A program made the position numbers and the translations under genes. Below the pieces are notes generated by a model. The model was not told the DNA's origin. It ran no database searches and was given only the letters and a program-made list of their open reading frames with translations. This document shows positions 1-8,731 of a stretch of DNA of 55,653 bases, one piece after another; within the stretch, counting starts at the first letter, position 1, and the number at the start of each line of letters is the position of its first letter. This DNA comes from Anaerolineales bacterium (GTDB taxonomy: Bacteria > Chloroflexota > Anaerolineae > Anaerolineales > Villigracilaceae), in contig DAOTZM010000088.1 of NCBI GenBank assembly GCA_034434035.1, positions 1 through 55,653 of the forward strand, written 5' to 3'.

Positions 1-53
1 TTTCACCCAGGGTTACGAATCCAAGCGAAACGCTCAAGTAAGTGAGCAGGAAT

Positions 54-674
54 TCAAGCGCGGCGGGGTGTTTCGCGGTAAAGATGGTTTTGCTGGATGT
101 AGTCATAGACCAGGGGATGGAGATAATAGCGGTAATGACCTGCATCGGCAATCCGTTGGCGCAGGGTGGAGGAGGAGATATCGAACTGGGGCGCATCGAT
201 GAACAGAATCTTGTCACAGATGCCGGGAAAAGCCCGCTGCAACGCATCGAACTCGATGCTGTCGCCAGGCCGGCGCATCACGCCAAACGCATAGACGGCG
301 GCGGCAATTTCGCGGGGGCGGTTCCAGCCCGGCAGGTCGCGCAGGGAATCCCCGCCAATTAACAAAACCAACTTCCCGGTTGGGTATTTTTCCTGGAGCA
401 GGTCAAGGGTGTCGATGGTGTAGTGCGGGCCAGGACGGTCGATTTCCACCGTAGAGAGATCGAAGCCGGGACAGCCGCTAATGGCGCAGCGCAGCATTTC
501 GAGCCGGTGTTCGAGCGGGGTGATGGGGCGTTCGGGCTTGTGCGGCGGCTGGGGCGTCAGCACCCACAAAACGCGGTCGAGTTTGAGTTGCGCCTGGGCC
601 TCGGCAGCCAGTATCAGGTGGCCGAGATGCGGCGGGTCGAACGTGCCTCCAAAAATCCCAATCAGTTGTGGCAT
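54..674 (-). CDS. nadD: nicotinate-nucleotide adenylyltransferase
   Basis: 206-aa ORF. N-terminal GIFGGTFDPPHLGH (nucleotidyltransferase HxGH motif) and C-terminal ISSSTLR motif are typical of NadD. Confidence 0.9.
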   Translation of the reverse strand: MPQLIGIFGGTFDPPHLGHLILAAEAQAQLKLDRVLWVLTPQPPHKPERPITPLEHRLEMLRCAISGCPGFDLSTVEIDRPGPHYTIDTLDLLQEKYPTGKLVLLIGGDSLRDLPGWNRPREIAAAVYAFGVMRRPGDSIEFDALQRAFPGICDKILFIDAPQFDISSSTLRQRIADAGHYRYYLHPLVYDYIQQNHLYRETPRRA

Positions 675-825
675 GGCCGAAAGTATACCTGATAAGCGGC
701 GTCCCGAAGGTTTTCCGCGCCAGTTTCTCCGGCTGGGGCAGCCTTCGGGGCGGTTTTCGTGAACCGTTGGGGGTTACAAAGATTCACTGGTTATACGCTA
801 TTTTGCTGTTTTGTAAGGAAACGTA

Positions 826-855
826 TTGAAATGGTTTTGCAATTCTATGTATAAT
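826..855 (+). promoter_or_regulatory. candidate sigma70-type promoter (TTGAAA - 18 nt - TATAAT)
   Basis: Read directly in the AT-rich intergenic region about 75 nt upstream of the 929 start codon. No experimental support. Confidence 0.35.
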
Positions 856-928
856 ATTTTTAGTTCATCCCCATAAACTCCTAATCGGATATAATTTGGG
901 AGAATTCAGATTCACGACGGAGAAGGTT

Positions 929-2347
929 ATGGCTATCAAACAATTCTCGCAGACCGACCCGCAGTGGAAAAGCAAATTGCTCGGATTCGATAAAACATCG
1001 ACCATCGGCAATTTTGGCTGCCTGCTGACCAGTTTTACGATGTGCGCCACCCACTACGGAGCGACCGACCTGACGCCGGATACGCTGAACGACAAAATGA
1101 AAGCCGTCGCAGGCTTCCAGGCCGGTACGGCTTTTATCATCGGCGGCGCGCTGGGCAGCGTGGTGTCGGGCATGAGCGTGGATTACCGCAAGGGCGCGCC
1201 GCTGGCCGAAATCGACGCTTCATTGGCCCAGGGACGCCCGGTCATCATCGAGGCCGACTGGTCGCCATCTGCCGGGCTGCAAACCCACTACATGGTGGTC
1301 TACTCCAAAGAAGGGGATGACTACCTGGTGTATGACCCGTATCCCTTTCCTGTGGACAAAGGCGTTATCAAACTCTCTGCATCGAAATACGCCCAACTGG
1401 CCGGGTCGAAAGAAGCGAATCGCATCATCACCGGCTGTTTCTTCACGCGCGGCGCGATGAAAATCGACCCGCCAACCCCGCCCAAACTGGATAAGGGCGT
1501 GTATGCCTCCTTCCCGGTCTATGCGACGGCGGACGAACTGGCCGTGCGCTCCCAGCCGATGGTCTCCGATTTCACCCTGCTAAAACGCTACCCGGTCAAC
1601 ACCGAGTTCAAAGTGCTGGAGGCCGACGCCGCCGCCAACCCCAAAATCGGCCAGCAAAACCAATGGCTGGCGGTCAAAGCGCCCGACGGGACGGAAGGCT
1701 ACACCGCCGCCTGGCTGGTCTCGAAGGCAAAAAACGCCGCCGCGCCCGCGCCCGGCACGCCGCCCGCGCCGGTTCCCGTTCCCAAGGATGCACCGGTCGT
1801 CAAAACCAATGTGGATGCGCTCAAACTGCGCTCCAAGCCCGATAACACCGAGGCCACCATCCTGAAAATGTACCCGATTGGCGCCGAGTTGAAGGTGCTG
1901 GAGCCAGGTTCCGAAGTCAAGCGCAAAGTGGGCGTGAATTTCGAGTGGCTCAAAGTGGCCGATGTGGAAGGCAAACAGGGCGTGGTTGCCGCCTGGTACG
2001 TCTCCATCGTCAGCCTGGGCGCCTTCGGCCCCGAAGCCCAGCGGCAGACAGCCGGACCGAACTTTAGCATCGAGGAAGTTCCCCCGCTGGTTCTGCGCAC
2101 CACCGAAGACGGCGTGGCGATGCGCGCCAAGCCGTATATATCCCAAGATACCCTCATCCTGCGCATGCCCAAAGGCGCGGAATTGATTGCAATGGGCCGC
2201 CAGGATACTGCCGCCAGGAAGGTTGGCAAAGCCGGGGACTGGATTCGCGTAAAAGATGTCAAAGGCAACAAGGGCTATGTAGCCGCCTGGCTGCTGGAAG
2301 AACGCCCCGAAGACCCAATTCCACAGGTCAGCCCGGCAGACTGCTAA
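929..2347 (+). CDS. papain-like (Peptidase_C39_2-like) cysteine peptidase domain followed by three bacterial SH3 (SH3b) repeats
   Basis: N-terminal Q/C/H/D pattern (FSQTDPQW, GNFGCLLTS, THYMVVY, YDPY). Three about 65-aa repeats end in (G)YxAAW(L/Y)(V/L). I prefer the ATG at 929, preceded by GGAGAAGG, over the TTG at 896. Confidence 0.65.
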   Translation: MAIKQFSQTDPQWKSKLLGFDKTSTIGNFGCLLTSFTMCATHYGATDLTPDTLNDKMKAVAGFQAGTAFIIGGALGSVVSGMSVDYRKGAPLAEIDASLAQGRPVIIEADWSPSAGLQTHYMVVYSKEGDDYLVYDPYPFPVDKGVIKLSASKYAQLAGSKEANRIITGCFFTRGAMKIDPPTPPKLDKGVYASFPVYATADELAVRSQPMVSDFTLLKRYPVNTEFKVLEADAAANPKIGQQNQWLAVKAPDGTEGYTAAWLVSKAKNAAAPAPGTPPAPVPVPKDAPVVKTNVDALKLRSKPDNTEATILKMYPIGAELKVLEPGSEVKRKVGVNFEWLKVADVEGKQGVVAAWYVSIVSLGAFGPEAQRQTAGPNFSIEEVPPLVLRTTEDGVAMRAKPYISQDTLILRMPKGAELIAMGRQDTAARKVGKAGDWIRVKDVKGNKGYVAAWLLEERPEDPIPQVSPADC

Positions 2348-2349
2348 AC

Positions 2350-2369
2350 ATCCCATGTTTTTATGGGAT
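2350..2369 (+). terminator. weak hairpin directly after the stop codon (ATCCCAT-GTTTTT-ATGGGAT)
   Basis: 7-bp stem seen in sequence. No T-run after the stem, so terminator function is uncertain. Confidence 0.3.
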
Positions 2370-2805
2370 TGAGAGAAATCAGGCCTTACTGCGAAGTACA
2401 CAGAGTTCTATTGCGCATCACCCGCACGACCTTTGTGTACTTCGCGCCCATTAAATAACGTGAATTCGAGATAGAGATTTAGCGCTTGATTGCGTGAAAA
2501 TGTTGCGCGCAAAGCCGCCAAGGCCGCCAAGTTTTTAAGTTTTCTTTTCTGTGCCGTACAAATTTAAAAAATTGAACCGCGAAGCCCGCAAAGATAGCAA
2601 AGAAATCCTGAAATCTGTGCGTTCTTGGCATTCTTCGCGGTAAAAAATCCGAGGATATACGGTAGAGAAGTTTTCTTTGCGAACTTTGCGCCTTTGCGTG
2701 AGAAAAAGCATAAAACTTAACCAGGAAATTTTATCCCGAACTGACGTTAAGTAAGGCCCGCGTCTTTTAAGAGATGGGAAGTTAGAGCAACCCAGGAAGT
2801 GCATC

Positions 2806-4905
2806 TTGACGAAATTTGCCGACCTAGAAATCAGTTTTCACAAACACGAACAGGGACAATACAGCGTGGAATTGCGTCTTTCGCTGCCCGATTCCGAAGC
2901 CGATATTCGTCCGGGCAGCGGCGCGCCGATTGTGGTGGAGTTCGATTTCTCGACCATTCAGTTGATGATTTCTGACCCCAAAGAATACGGCCTGATGCTC
3001 GCAGAAAGTTTCTTCGTGGCCGAAATGGACAAGGCCTTTGCCGAGGCGCGCGCCAGCGCCGCTGCGGCGGGTGCGCCTTTGCGGGTGCGCCTGCTGGCCG
3101 ATTCGAGCGCGCCCGAAATCAACACCCTGTACTGGGAAGCCCTGCGCAACCCCAAAGACAAGTCAGCGCTGTTTACGGGAGAAAACATCCTGCTCTCGCG
3201 TTACCTTGCGAGCGGCGACCTGCGCCCCGTCAAATTGCGCCCGCAGGGCGCGTTGAAGGCCCTGGCAGCAGCGTCCAATCCTTCCGACTTAACAGGATAC
3301 AAACTGGCGCCGGTTGATGTGGCCGGTGAACTGGGGCGGGCAAAAGATGCCCTCGGCGCGATTCCTGTCACCGAACTGGGCCGCGCTGAACCCTGTACGC
3401 TCAACGCATTGGCGGAAAAATTACGCGCTGGCTGCGACATCCTGTACCTGGCAGCGCATGGCACGGTTGCCGAGGGTGGCCCGCGCGTCTGGCTGCAAAA
3501 CGAAGACGGCAGCGCGGCCATCACCTCGGCGGAAGAAATCGTCACCCGCATCCGAGAATTGCAGAACCCCCCGCGCCTGGTGATGCTGGCCTCCTGCCAG
3601 AGCGCCGGGGACGGTAAACCGAACAAGGATACGGGACGGGTGTTGCAAGCCTTTGGCCCCGGCCTGGCGCAAGCCGGCATCCCGGCGGTGGTTGCCATGC
3701 AGGGCAATATCAGCATGGATAGCGTCAAGAAATTTCTGCCGGTCTTTTTCAGCGAGTTGCAAAAAGACGGCCAGATAGACCGCGCCCTGGCCGTGGCGCG
3801 CGGCACCATCCGCGATGCGCACGACTTCTGGATGCCGGTCTTATTCATGCGCCTGCGCAGCGGCAAAATATGGTACGTGCCAGGGGTAGGTGAAGAAGGC
3901 GATGAATTCGACAAATGGCCCGGCCTGGTCACCGCCATCCAAAACAACGCCGCCTGCACGCCCATCCTGGGGCCGGGATTGTACGAGCCGTTAATGGGTT
4001 CATGGCAGGATATCGCCGAGGGGCTGGCAAAGAAATTCGACTTCCCGCTTTCTGATGCGATGCGCCAATCTATCCCCCAGGTTGCGCAATATATTGCCAC
4101 CCATTACGACCCGGGCAGTCTGTTCGACAGCCTGGACGCCATGACTCGCAAGGCAGTGCAGGAGCGGTTTGCCAGCCAATTGCCAGACCCGCTCAAGAAA
4201 CCCGGCGCCAGCATCGAAGAACTCTTCCGCGCTGCCGGCCGCAAAGCGCGCGAGCAGGATAAAATCGAGGCTTATTGCGTGCTGGCGAATTTACCGCTGC
4301 GCATCTACATCACAACCGGCTACGACGACATGCTGGCCGACGCGCTGCGCGAAGTCGAAATCGAGGCCGAGAGCGGGGAAAAGGAGAAAAAGAAGCCCGA
4401 AGTCGTCATCTGCCCCTGGAGCGAACGCTTTTACGCGCCGTCAATCTACGATGATGAACCGGGCTATGCGCCGAGCGTCGAACGCCCGCTGGTCTATCAC
4501 CTGTTCGGGCATCGCAGCGTCCCCGATTCGATGGTGCTGACCGAAGACGATTATTTCGAGTTCCTGATGGGATTCACCGCCAACAAGAAGCGCACCCCGC
4601 CGGTCATCCCGCCGGCAGTCTTGCGCGCCCTGACCGATACCGCCCTGCTCATCCTGGGCTTCTCGCTGGATGACTGGGCCTTCCGCGCCCTGTTCCGCAC
4701 GGTGATGATTCAGCCAGGCGGCGCGCGGCGCGGACGTTACTCGCATGTTGGCATCCAACTGGAACACGACGACGCGCGCAATATGAACCCAAAGCGCGCC
4801 CGCGCCTACCTGCAAAAATACTTTGAGCAGGCGCAAATCAACCTGTATTGGGGCAAATCTGAAGATTTCCTGCGAGAACTGGCCCAACGCTGGAAGGCAG
4901 CATAA
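2806..4905 (+). CDS. CHAT (caspase-fold, clan CD) protease fused to a SIR2-like (SIR2_2 type) domain
   Basis: 699 aa. CHAT His/Cys dyad in ILYLAAHG and, 49 aa later, LVMLASCQSAG. C-terminal half has SIR2_2 landmarks: TPILGPGL, IYITTGYDDML, VYHLFGH...MVLTEDDYFEF, LILGFSLDDWAF. TTG start with AGGAAG 8 nt upstream. Confidence 0.8.
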   Translation: MTKFADLEISFHKHEQGQYSVELRLSLPDSEADIRPGSGAPIVVEFDFSTIQLMISDPKEYGLMLAESFFVAEMDKAFAEARASAAAAGAPLRVRLLADSSAPEINTLYWEALRNPKDKSALFTGENILLSRYLASGDLRPVKLRPQGALKALAAASNPSDLTGYKLAPVDVAGELGRAKDALGAIPVTELGRAEPCTLNALAEKLRAGCDILYLAAHGTVAEGGPRVWLQNEDGSAAITSAEEIVTRIRELQNPPRLVMLASCQSAGDGKPNKDTGRVLQAFGPGLAQAGIPAVVAMQGNISMDSVKKFLPVFFSELQKDGQIDRALAVARGTIRDAHDFWMPVLFMRLRSGKIWYVPGVGEEGDEFDKWPGLVTAIQNNAACTPILGPGLYEPLMGSWQDIAEGLAKKFDFPLSDAMRQSIPQVAQYIATHYDPGSLFDSLDAMTRKAVQERFASQLPDPLKKPGASIEELFRAAGRKAREQDKIEAYCVLANLPLRIYITTGYDDMLADALREVEIEAESGEKEKKKPEVVICPWSERFYAPSIYDDEPGYAPSVERPLVYHLFGHRSVPDSMVLTEDDYFEFLMGFTANKKRTPPVIPPAVLRALTDTALLILGFSLDDWAFRALFRTVMIQPGGARRGRYSHVGIQLEHDDARNMNPKRARAYLQKYFEQAQINLYWGKSEDFLRELAQRWKAA

Positions 4906-4926
4906 GGGAAGAGGAGTATTACAGGT

Positions 4927-7900
4927 ATGCCTGAAAACGCCATGAACACCACCATCGCTTCGCGCCCAAACCCGTATGTCGGCACGCGCCCCTTCAAACG
5001 AGGCGAAACCCTCTACGGGCGCGAGCAGGAAACATCCGAGCTGCTGGATTTGCTGATTGCCGAACGCATCGTCATGCTGTATTCGCCCTCCGGCGCGGGA
5101 AAGAGTTCCCTGTTGAATGCTTCCATCCTGCCCAAGATGGAAGAAAGCGGATTCGAGATATTGCCTGCGGCGCGCGTCAACCACGAACCGTCCCCCGAGG
5201 CCCAAGCAATTTCAGGCTTCAATCGCTATATTTACAGCCTGATAGTTTGCATCGAGGAGGGAGTTCCTGCCGAACACCGCTTCCCACCCGAAGAAATCGC
5301 CGCGCTGCGGCTCAAGCAATACCTGACCCGCCATCGTGAACGCGCCATCGCGTTGGACCCCGCTTACGACGATTCGCGCGCCCGGCTGCTGGTCATCGAC
5401 CAGGGTGAAGAAGTTATCACCATCGACCCGGCAGCCCGCGAGCAAAAACAGGATTTCTTCAACCAACTGGGCGAAGTCTTGCGCGACCGCAGCATTTGGA
5501 TGCTGTTCTCCCTGCGCGAGGACTATGTCGCCCGCTTCGATTCGTATATCAAACCCATCCCCACCGGCTTCGCCACCCGCTACCGACTGCGCCTGCTGCA
5601 ATCCGAGGCAGCCCTGCCCGCGATTCAAAAACCCCCGTTGCAGCACAATGTCGTCTTTACCGAGGAGGCCGCCCGCAAACTGGCCGATGACCTGCGCAAA
5701 ATGCAGGTACAGCAAGCCGACGGCACAGCCGAGGAACAACTCGGATTGTACGTCGAGCCGGTCCAGTTGCAGGTCGTCTGCCGCCGCCTGTGGAGTTCGC
5801 TCGAACGCAGCGACAATGAAATCGGCCTCGATGACCTCGAACGGGTAGGCGATGTCGATACCGCCCTGGCCGACTATTACAGTTTGCAAGCCGCCACCGT
5901 CGCCGCCAAAACCGGCGTGCGCGAACGCGCCATCCGCGAATGGTTCGACCGCAAACTCATCACCAAGCAAAATGTCCGCAGCCAGGTGCTGTTGGCGCCC
6001 GGTAAAAGCGACGGCCTGGAAAACCACGCCATTCACGAGATGGAACGCACCTACCTGGTGCGCTCCGAAAAGCGCGGCGGCTCCACCTGGTTCGAACTGG
6101 CCCACGACCGACTGATTATCCCAGTCCGTGAAAACAACCAGGCCTGGTTCGACAAACACCTGAGCGTATTACAGCGCGCCGCCGATGTCTGGAACGAACA
6201 GGGGCGCAGCGATGGCTTGCTGCTCTTTGGAAAAGATTACCTGGAGGCCGAAGAATGGGCGCGTAAGAACGCAGACTTTCTCCTGCCCCATGAATCAGAC
6301 TTTATCAATGCCTGCCACAAATACTTTGAACAGCAGAGACGCGAGCGGCAAACCAACTTCATCGTCCGCGTTCTGTTGGGCGTGAGCCTGGTGGCGCTGG
6401 CTGCCGCCATTGTCCTGTTCATCCAAGCCAGGCAGGCCGAAAACCGCGCTGAAACGGAACAATTGGCGGCGAGTTCGCTCAGGGACTTGAAGGTTGACCC
6501 AATTAACAGTCTTTTGTTGGCCGTGGAAGCCGTGCAAAACACCCAGCCGCCCCTGCCCAACGCCATTGACGCCCTGCATCGCTCCCTGCCCTCCATGCGC
6601 CTGGCGCGCACCTATTACGGACATACCGACCGGGTTTATGGCATTTCTTACAGCCCGGATGGCCGCTTGCTGGCATCCTCCAGCCGCGACGGCTCGATAA
6701 AAATTTGGGATGCCAGCGGCGCGACCCGCGACGCCCTCTACACCTTCAACATCGATACAGTCCCCAACTCGTATGGCGCAAGCAACGTCGCCTTTAGCCC
6801 GGATGGCCGCCTGCTGGCAGGGGTCAACGGGCAGGGAGAAATCGTCCTGTGGGACACTGCCACCTGGCAGGAAATCCGCCGCAAAAACAACGCCCACGCT
6901 GGGGTCATCTGGGGGCTGGCCTTCAGCCCGGATAGCCGTCTCCTGCTCACCGGCGGAGGCGACTCGCTCGTCAAACTGTGGAACGCCTCCGATTTGGGCG
7001 AAATCCACACATTTAGCGAACACCAGGATGTGGTCAACGCCGTAGCCTTCAGCCCCGATGGAACGATGATTGCCAGCGCGTCCGACGACCGCACAGCAAA
7101 AGCCTGGCGCGTTTCCGACTACAGCCGCGCTGCCTCCTACAGCCTCCCGCCGCGCATCCTCTCCAACCCGCCGCGCGTGAATAGCGTGACCTTCAGCCTC
7201 GATAACACCCGCCTGATTTCCACCTCGACCGATGGCAATGTTTATGTTTGGGACATCGCTTCTGGCGCGCAAATCATGAAAATCGGCGGGCACGACGACT
7301 GGGTCTACGGCGTTCTGGCGCGCCCCGGCTCCGATGCCGATGCCACGCAGGGCGAAATTATCACCGCCGGGGCCGACCGCTCCATCCGCATCTGGGGCGG
7401 CCTGTATGGGCGTTCCAAACTCGAATTGCGCGGTCATACCGACCAGGTTTACAGCCTGGCGCTCCACCCCACCGATGACGGCCTGCTGGCCTCCGCCAGC
7501 GCCGACCAAACGGTGCGCATCTGGGATATTTCCTGGGCCGGGAACTATGAGAGATTCACCAAGGACCTCGAAACCGAACAGGGAATTCCCGGCTATGCCG
7601 AAGATGTGGATTACAACCCGCAAGGCACGCTGCTGGCTATTCCCATCTCCCTGGCAAGGAATCCCAACGACCCCTTCCCCAATTATGGGCTTCCGGGAGA
7701 AATCCTGCTCGTCGACCCGCGCACTGGCGAACGGGACGGGCCATCCCTGCGCGGCCATAGAGCCGGTGTCTTTGCCATTGATTTCGACAGCAGCGGCCGG
7801 CGCCTGGTTTCGGCCTCTCTCGACAAAACCGCCATTATCTGGGATGTCGAAGCCCGCAATCCGCTATTCACCCTGGAACATGACAACATCGTTTACTCGG

Positions 7901-8667
7901 CAGACTATAGCCCGAATGACTGGTGGATTGCCACCGGAACGCAGACAGGCGATATAGTGCTATGGGACGCGAAGACCGGCGCGCGAATCAAATCCTTCTC
8001 CTATCGGGATATCCTGGGAACAACCGTAGACAGGAAAATCGTAGCCCAGGTGCAATTCGACACCGACAGCACCTTAATCGCCATCCAGTACCGGGAAGAT
8101 AAAAACATCTACCTGATTGACGCCCAAACCGGCGCGCTGGAAATGACCTTGCGCGGCCATGAAGACATCGTCCGCGATATCGACTTCAGCCTGGATGACG
8201 CTACCCTGGTCTCCGTAGGCGACGACGCCCGGATGATTTTGTGGGACCTGACCCCCGGCATCCCCGATGACAAGCGTATCCTTAACGTGTACCAGGAGCA
8301 CCTGGCGACCATATTCAGCGTGACCTTTTCTACGCTAGAAAACAACGAATACATCCTCAGCGCCGGGGCCGATGGCGTGGTGAAAGTCTGGAGCCGGGTC
8401 GACCCCAACAAGGATGACTGGGAAGTCGCCTATACCCTGCGCGCCTACGCCTTCGCCAACGATGACACCATCCTGGATATCGAAATTTCTCCCACCAACG
8501 AAAACGAAGTCGTGGCGGTCGTCAATGATTGGACAGCGCGCGGTTTCACCCTCTCGAAAACGGAACTGCTCGAACTGGCCAAACAGCGTCTGCGCGTCAA
8601 CCTCGATTGCCGCCAGCCCGAAGAACTGGAACCGCTCGAACAGGAAATTTGCACGATGAATCCGTAA
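4927..8667 (+). CDS. STAND-type P-loop NTPase (nSTAND-like), single TM helix, long WD40 repeat array
   Basis: 1246 aa. N-terminus NPYVGTRPF...LYGRE, Walker A SPSGAGKSS, Walker B LLVIDQGEE. Hydrophobic helix FIVRVLLGVSLVALAAAIVLFIQ (about 6358-6426). At least 12 WD40-like units (GHTDRVYGISYSPDGRLLASSSRDGSIKIWD and similar). GAGGAG Shine-Dalgarno (SD) sequence upstream of the ATG. Confidence 0.85.
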   Translation: MPENAMNTTIASRPNPYVGTRPFKRGETLYGREQETSELLDLLIAERIVMLYSPSGAGKSSLLNASILPKMEESGFEILPAARVNHEPSPEAQAISGFNRYIYSLIVCIEEGVPAEHRFPPEEIAALRLKQYLTRHRERAIALDPAYDDSRARLLVIDQGEEVITIDPAAREQKQDFFNQLGEVLRDRSIWMLFSLREDYVARFDSYIKPIPTGFATRYRLRLLQSEAALPAIQKPPLQHNVVFTEEAARKLADDLRKMQVQQADGTAEEQLGLYVEPVQLQVVCRRLWSSLERSDNEIGLDDLERVGDVDTALADYYSLQAATVAAKTGVRERAIREWFDRKLITKQNVRSQVLLAPGKSDGLENHAIHEMERTYLVRSEKRGGSTWFELAHDRLIIPVRENNQAWFDKHLSVLQRAADVWNEQGRSDGLLLFGKDYLEAEEWARKNADFLLPHESDFINACHKYFEQQRRERQTNFIVRVLLGVSLVALAAAIVLFIQARQAENRAETEQLAASSLRDLKVDPINSLLLAVEAVQNTQPPLPNAIDALHRSLPSMRLARTYYGHTDRVYGISYSPDGRLLASSSRDGSIKIWDASGATRDALYTFNIDTVPNSYGASNVAFSPDGRLLAGVNGQGEIVLWDTATWQEIRRKNNAHAGVIWGLAFSPDSRLLLTGGGDSLVKLWNASDLGEIHTFSEHQDVVNAVAFSPDGTMIASASDDRTAKAWRVSDYSRAASYSLPPRILSNPPRVNSVTFSLDNTRLISTSTDGNVYVWDIASGAQIMKIGGHDDWVYGVLARPGSDADATQGEIITAGADRSIRIWGGLYGRSKLELRGHTDQVYSLALHPTDDGLLASASADQTVRIWDISWAGNYERFTKDLETEQGIPGYAEDVDYNPQGTLLAIPISLARNPNDPFPNYGLPGEILLVDPRTGERDGPSLRGHRAGVFAIDFDSSGRRLVSASLDKTAIIWDVEARNPLFTLEHDNIVYSADYSPNDWWIATGTQTGDIVLWDAKTGARIKSFSYRDILGTTVDRKIVAQVQFDTDSTLIAIQYREDKNIYLIDAQTGALEMTLRGHEDIVRDIDFSLDDATLVSVGDDARMILWDLTPGIPDDKRILNVYQEHLATIFSVTFSTLENNEYILSAGADGVVKVWSRVDPNKDDWEVAYTLRAYAFANDDTILDIEISPTNENEVVAVVNDWTARGFTLSKTELLELAKQRLRVNLDCRQPEELEPLEQEICTMNP

Positions 8668-8684
8668 CGCGGAATTCATTCCGC
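8663..8684 (+). repeat. palindromic 22-mer CGTAACGCGGAATTCATTCCGC (copy 1; contains the stop codon of the WD40 gene)
   Basis: Exact reverse-complement copy at 13817-13838 and a 21/22 copy at 54186-54207. Followed by a second palindrome GCGAAATAAATTTCGC (8693-8708). Confidence 0.9.
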
Positions 8685-8731
8685 GCCATAATGCGAAATA
8701 AATTTCGCGCTACATAGCCAAAGGAGCGAGA

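Noticed and set aside
6295-7758. Long antisense ORFs: 6295-7758(-), 5212-6159(-), 15363-16811(+), 18632-19654(+), 20669-22423(+), 32330-34309(-), 38695-39870(-), 48302-49411(-) and many shorter ones
   Set aside because: These are shadow ORFs opposite genes with clear family signatures in a high-GC genome. Their translations are Arg/Gly/Ala/Pro-rich with no recognisable motifs.
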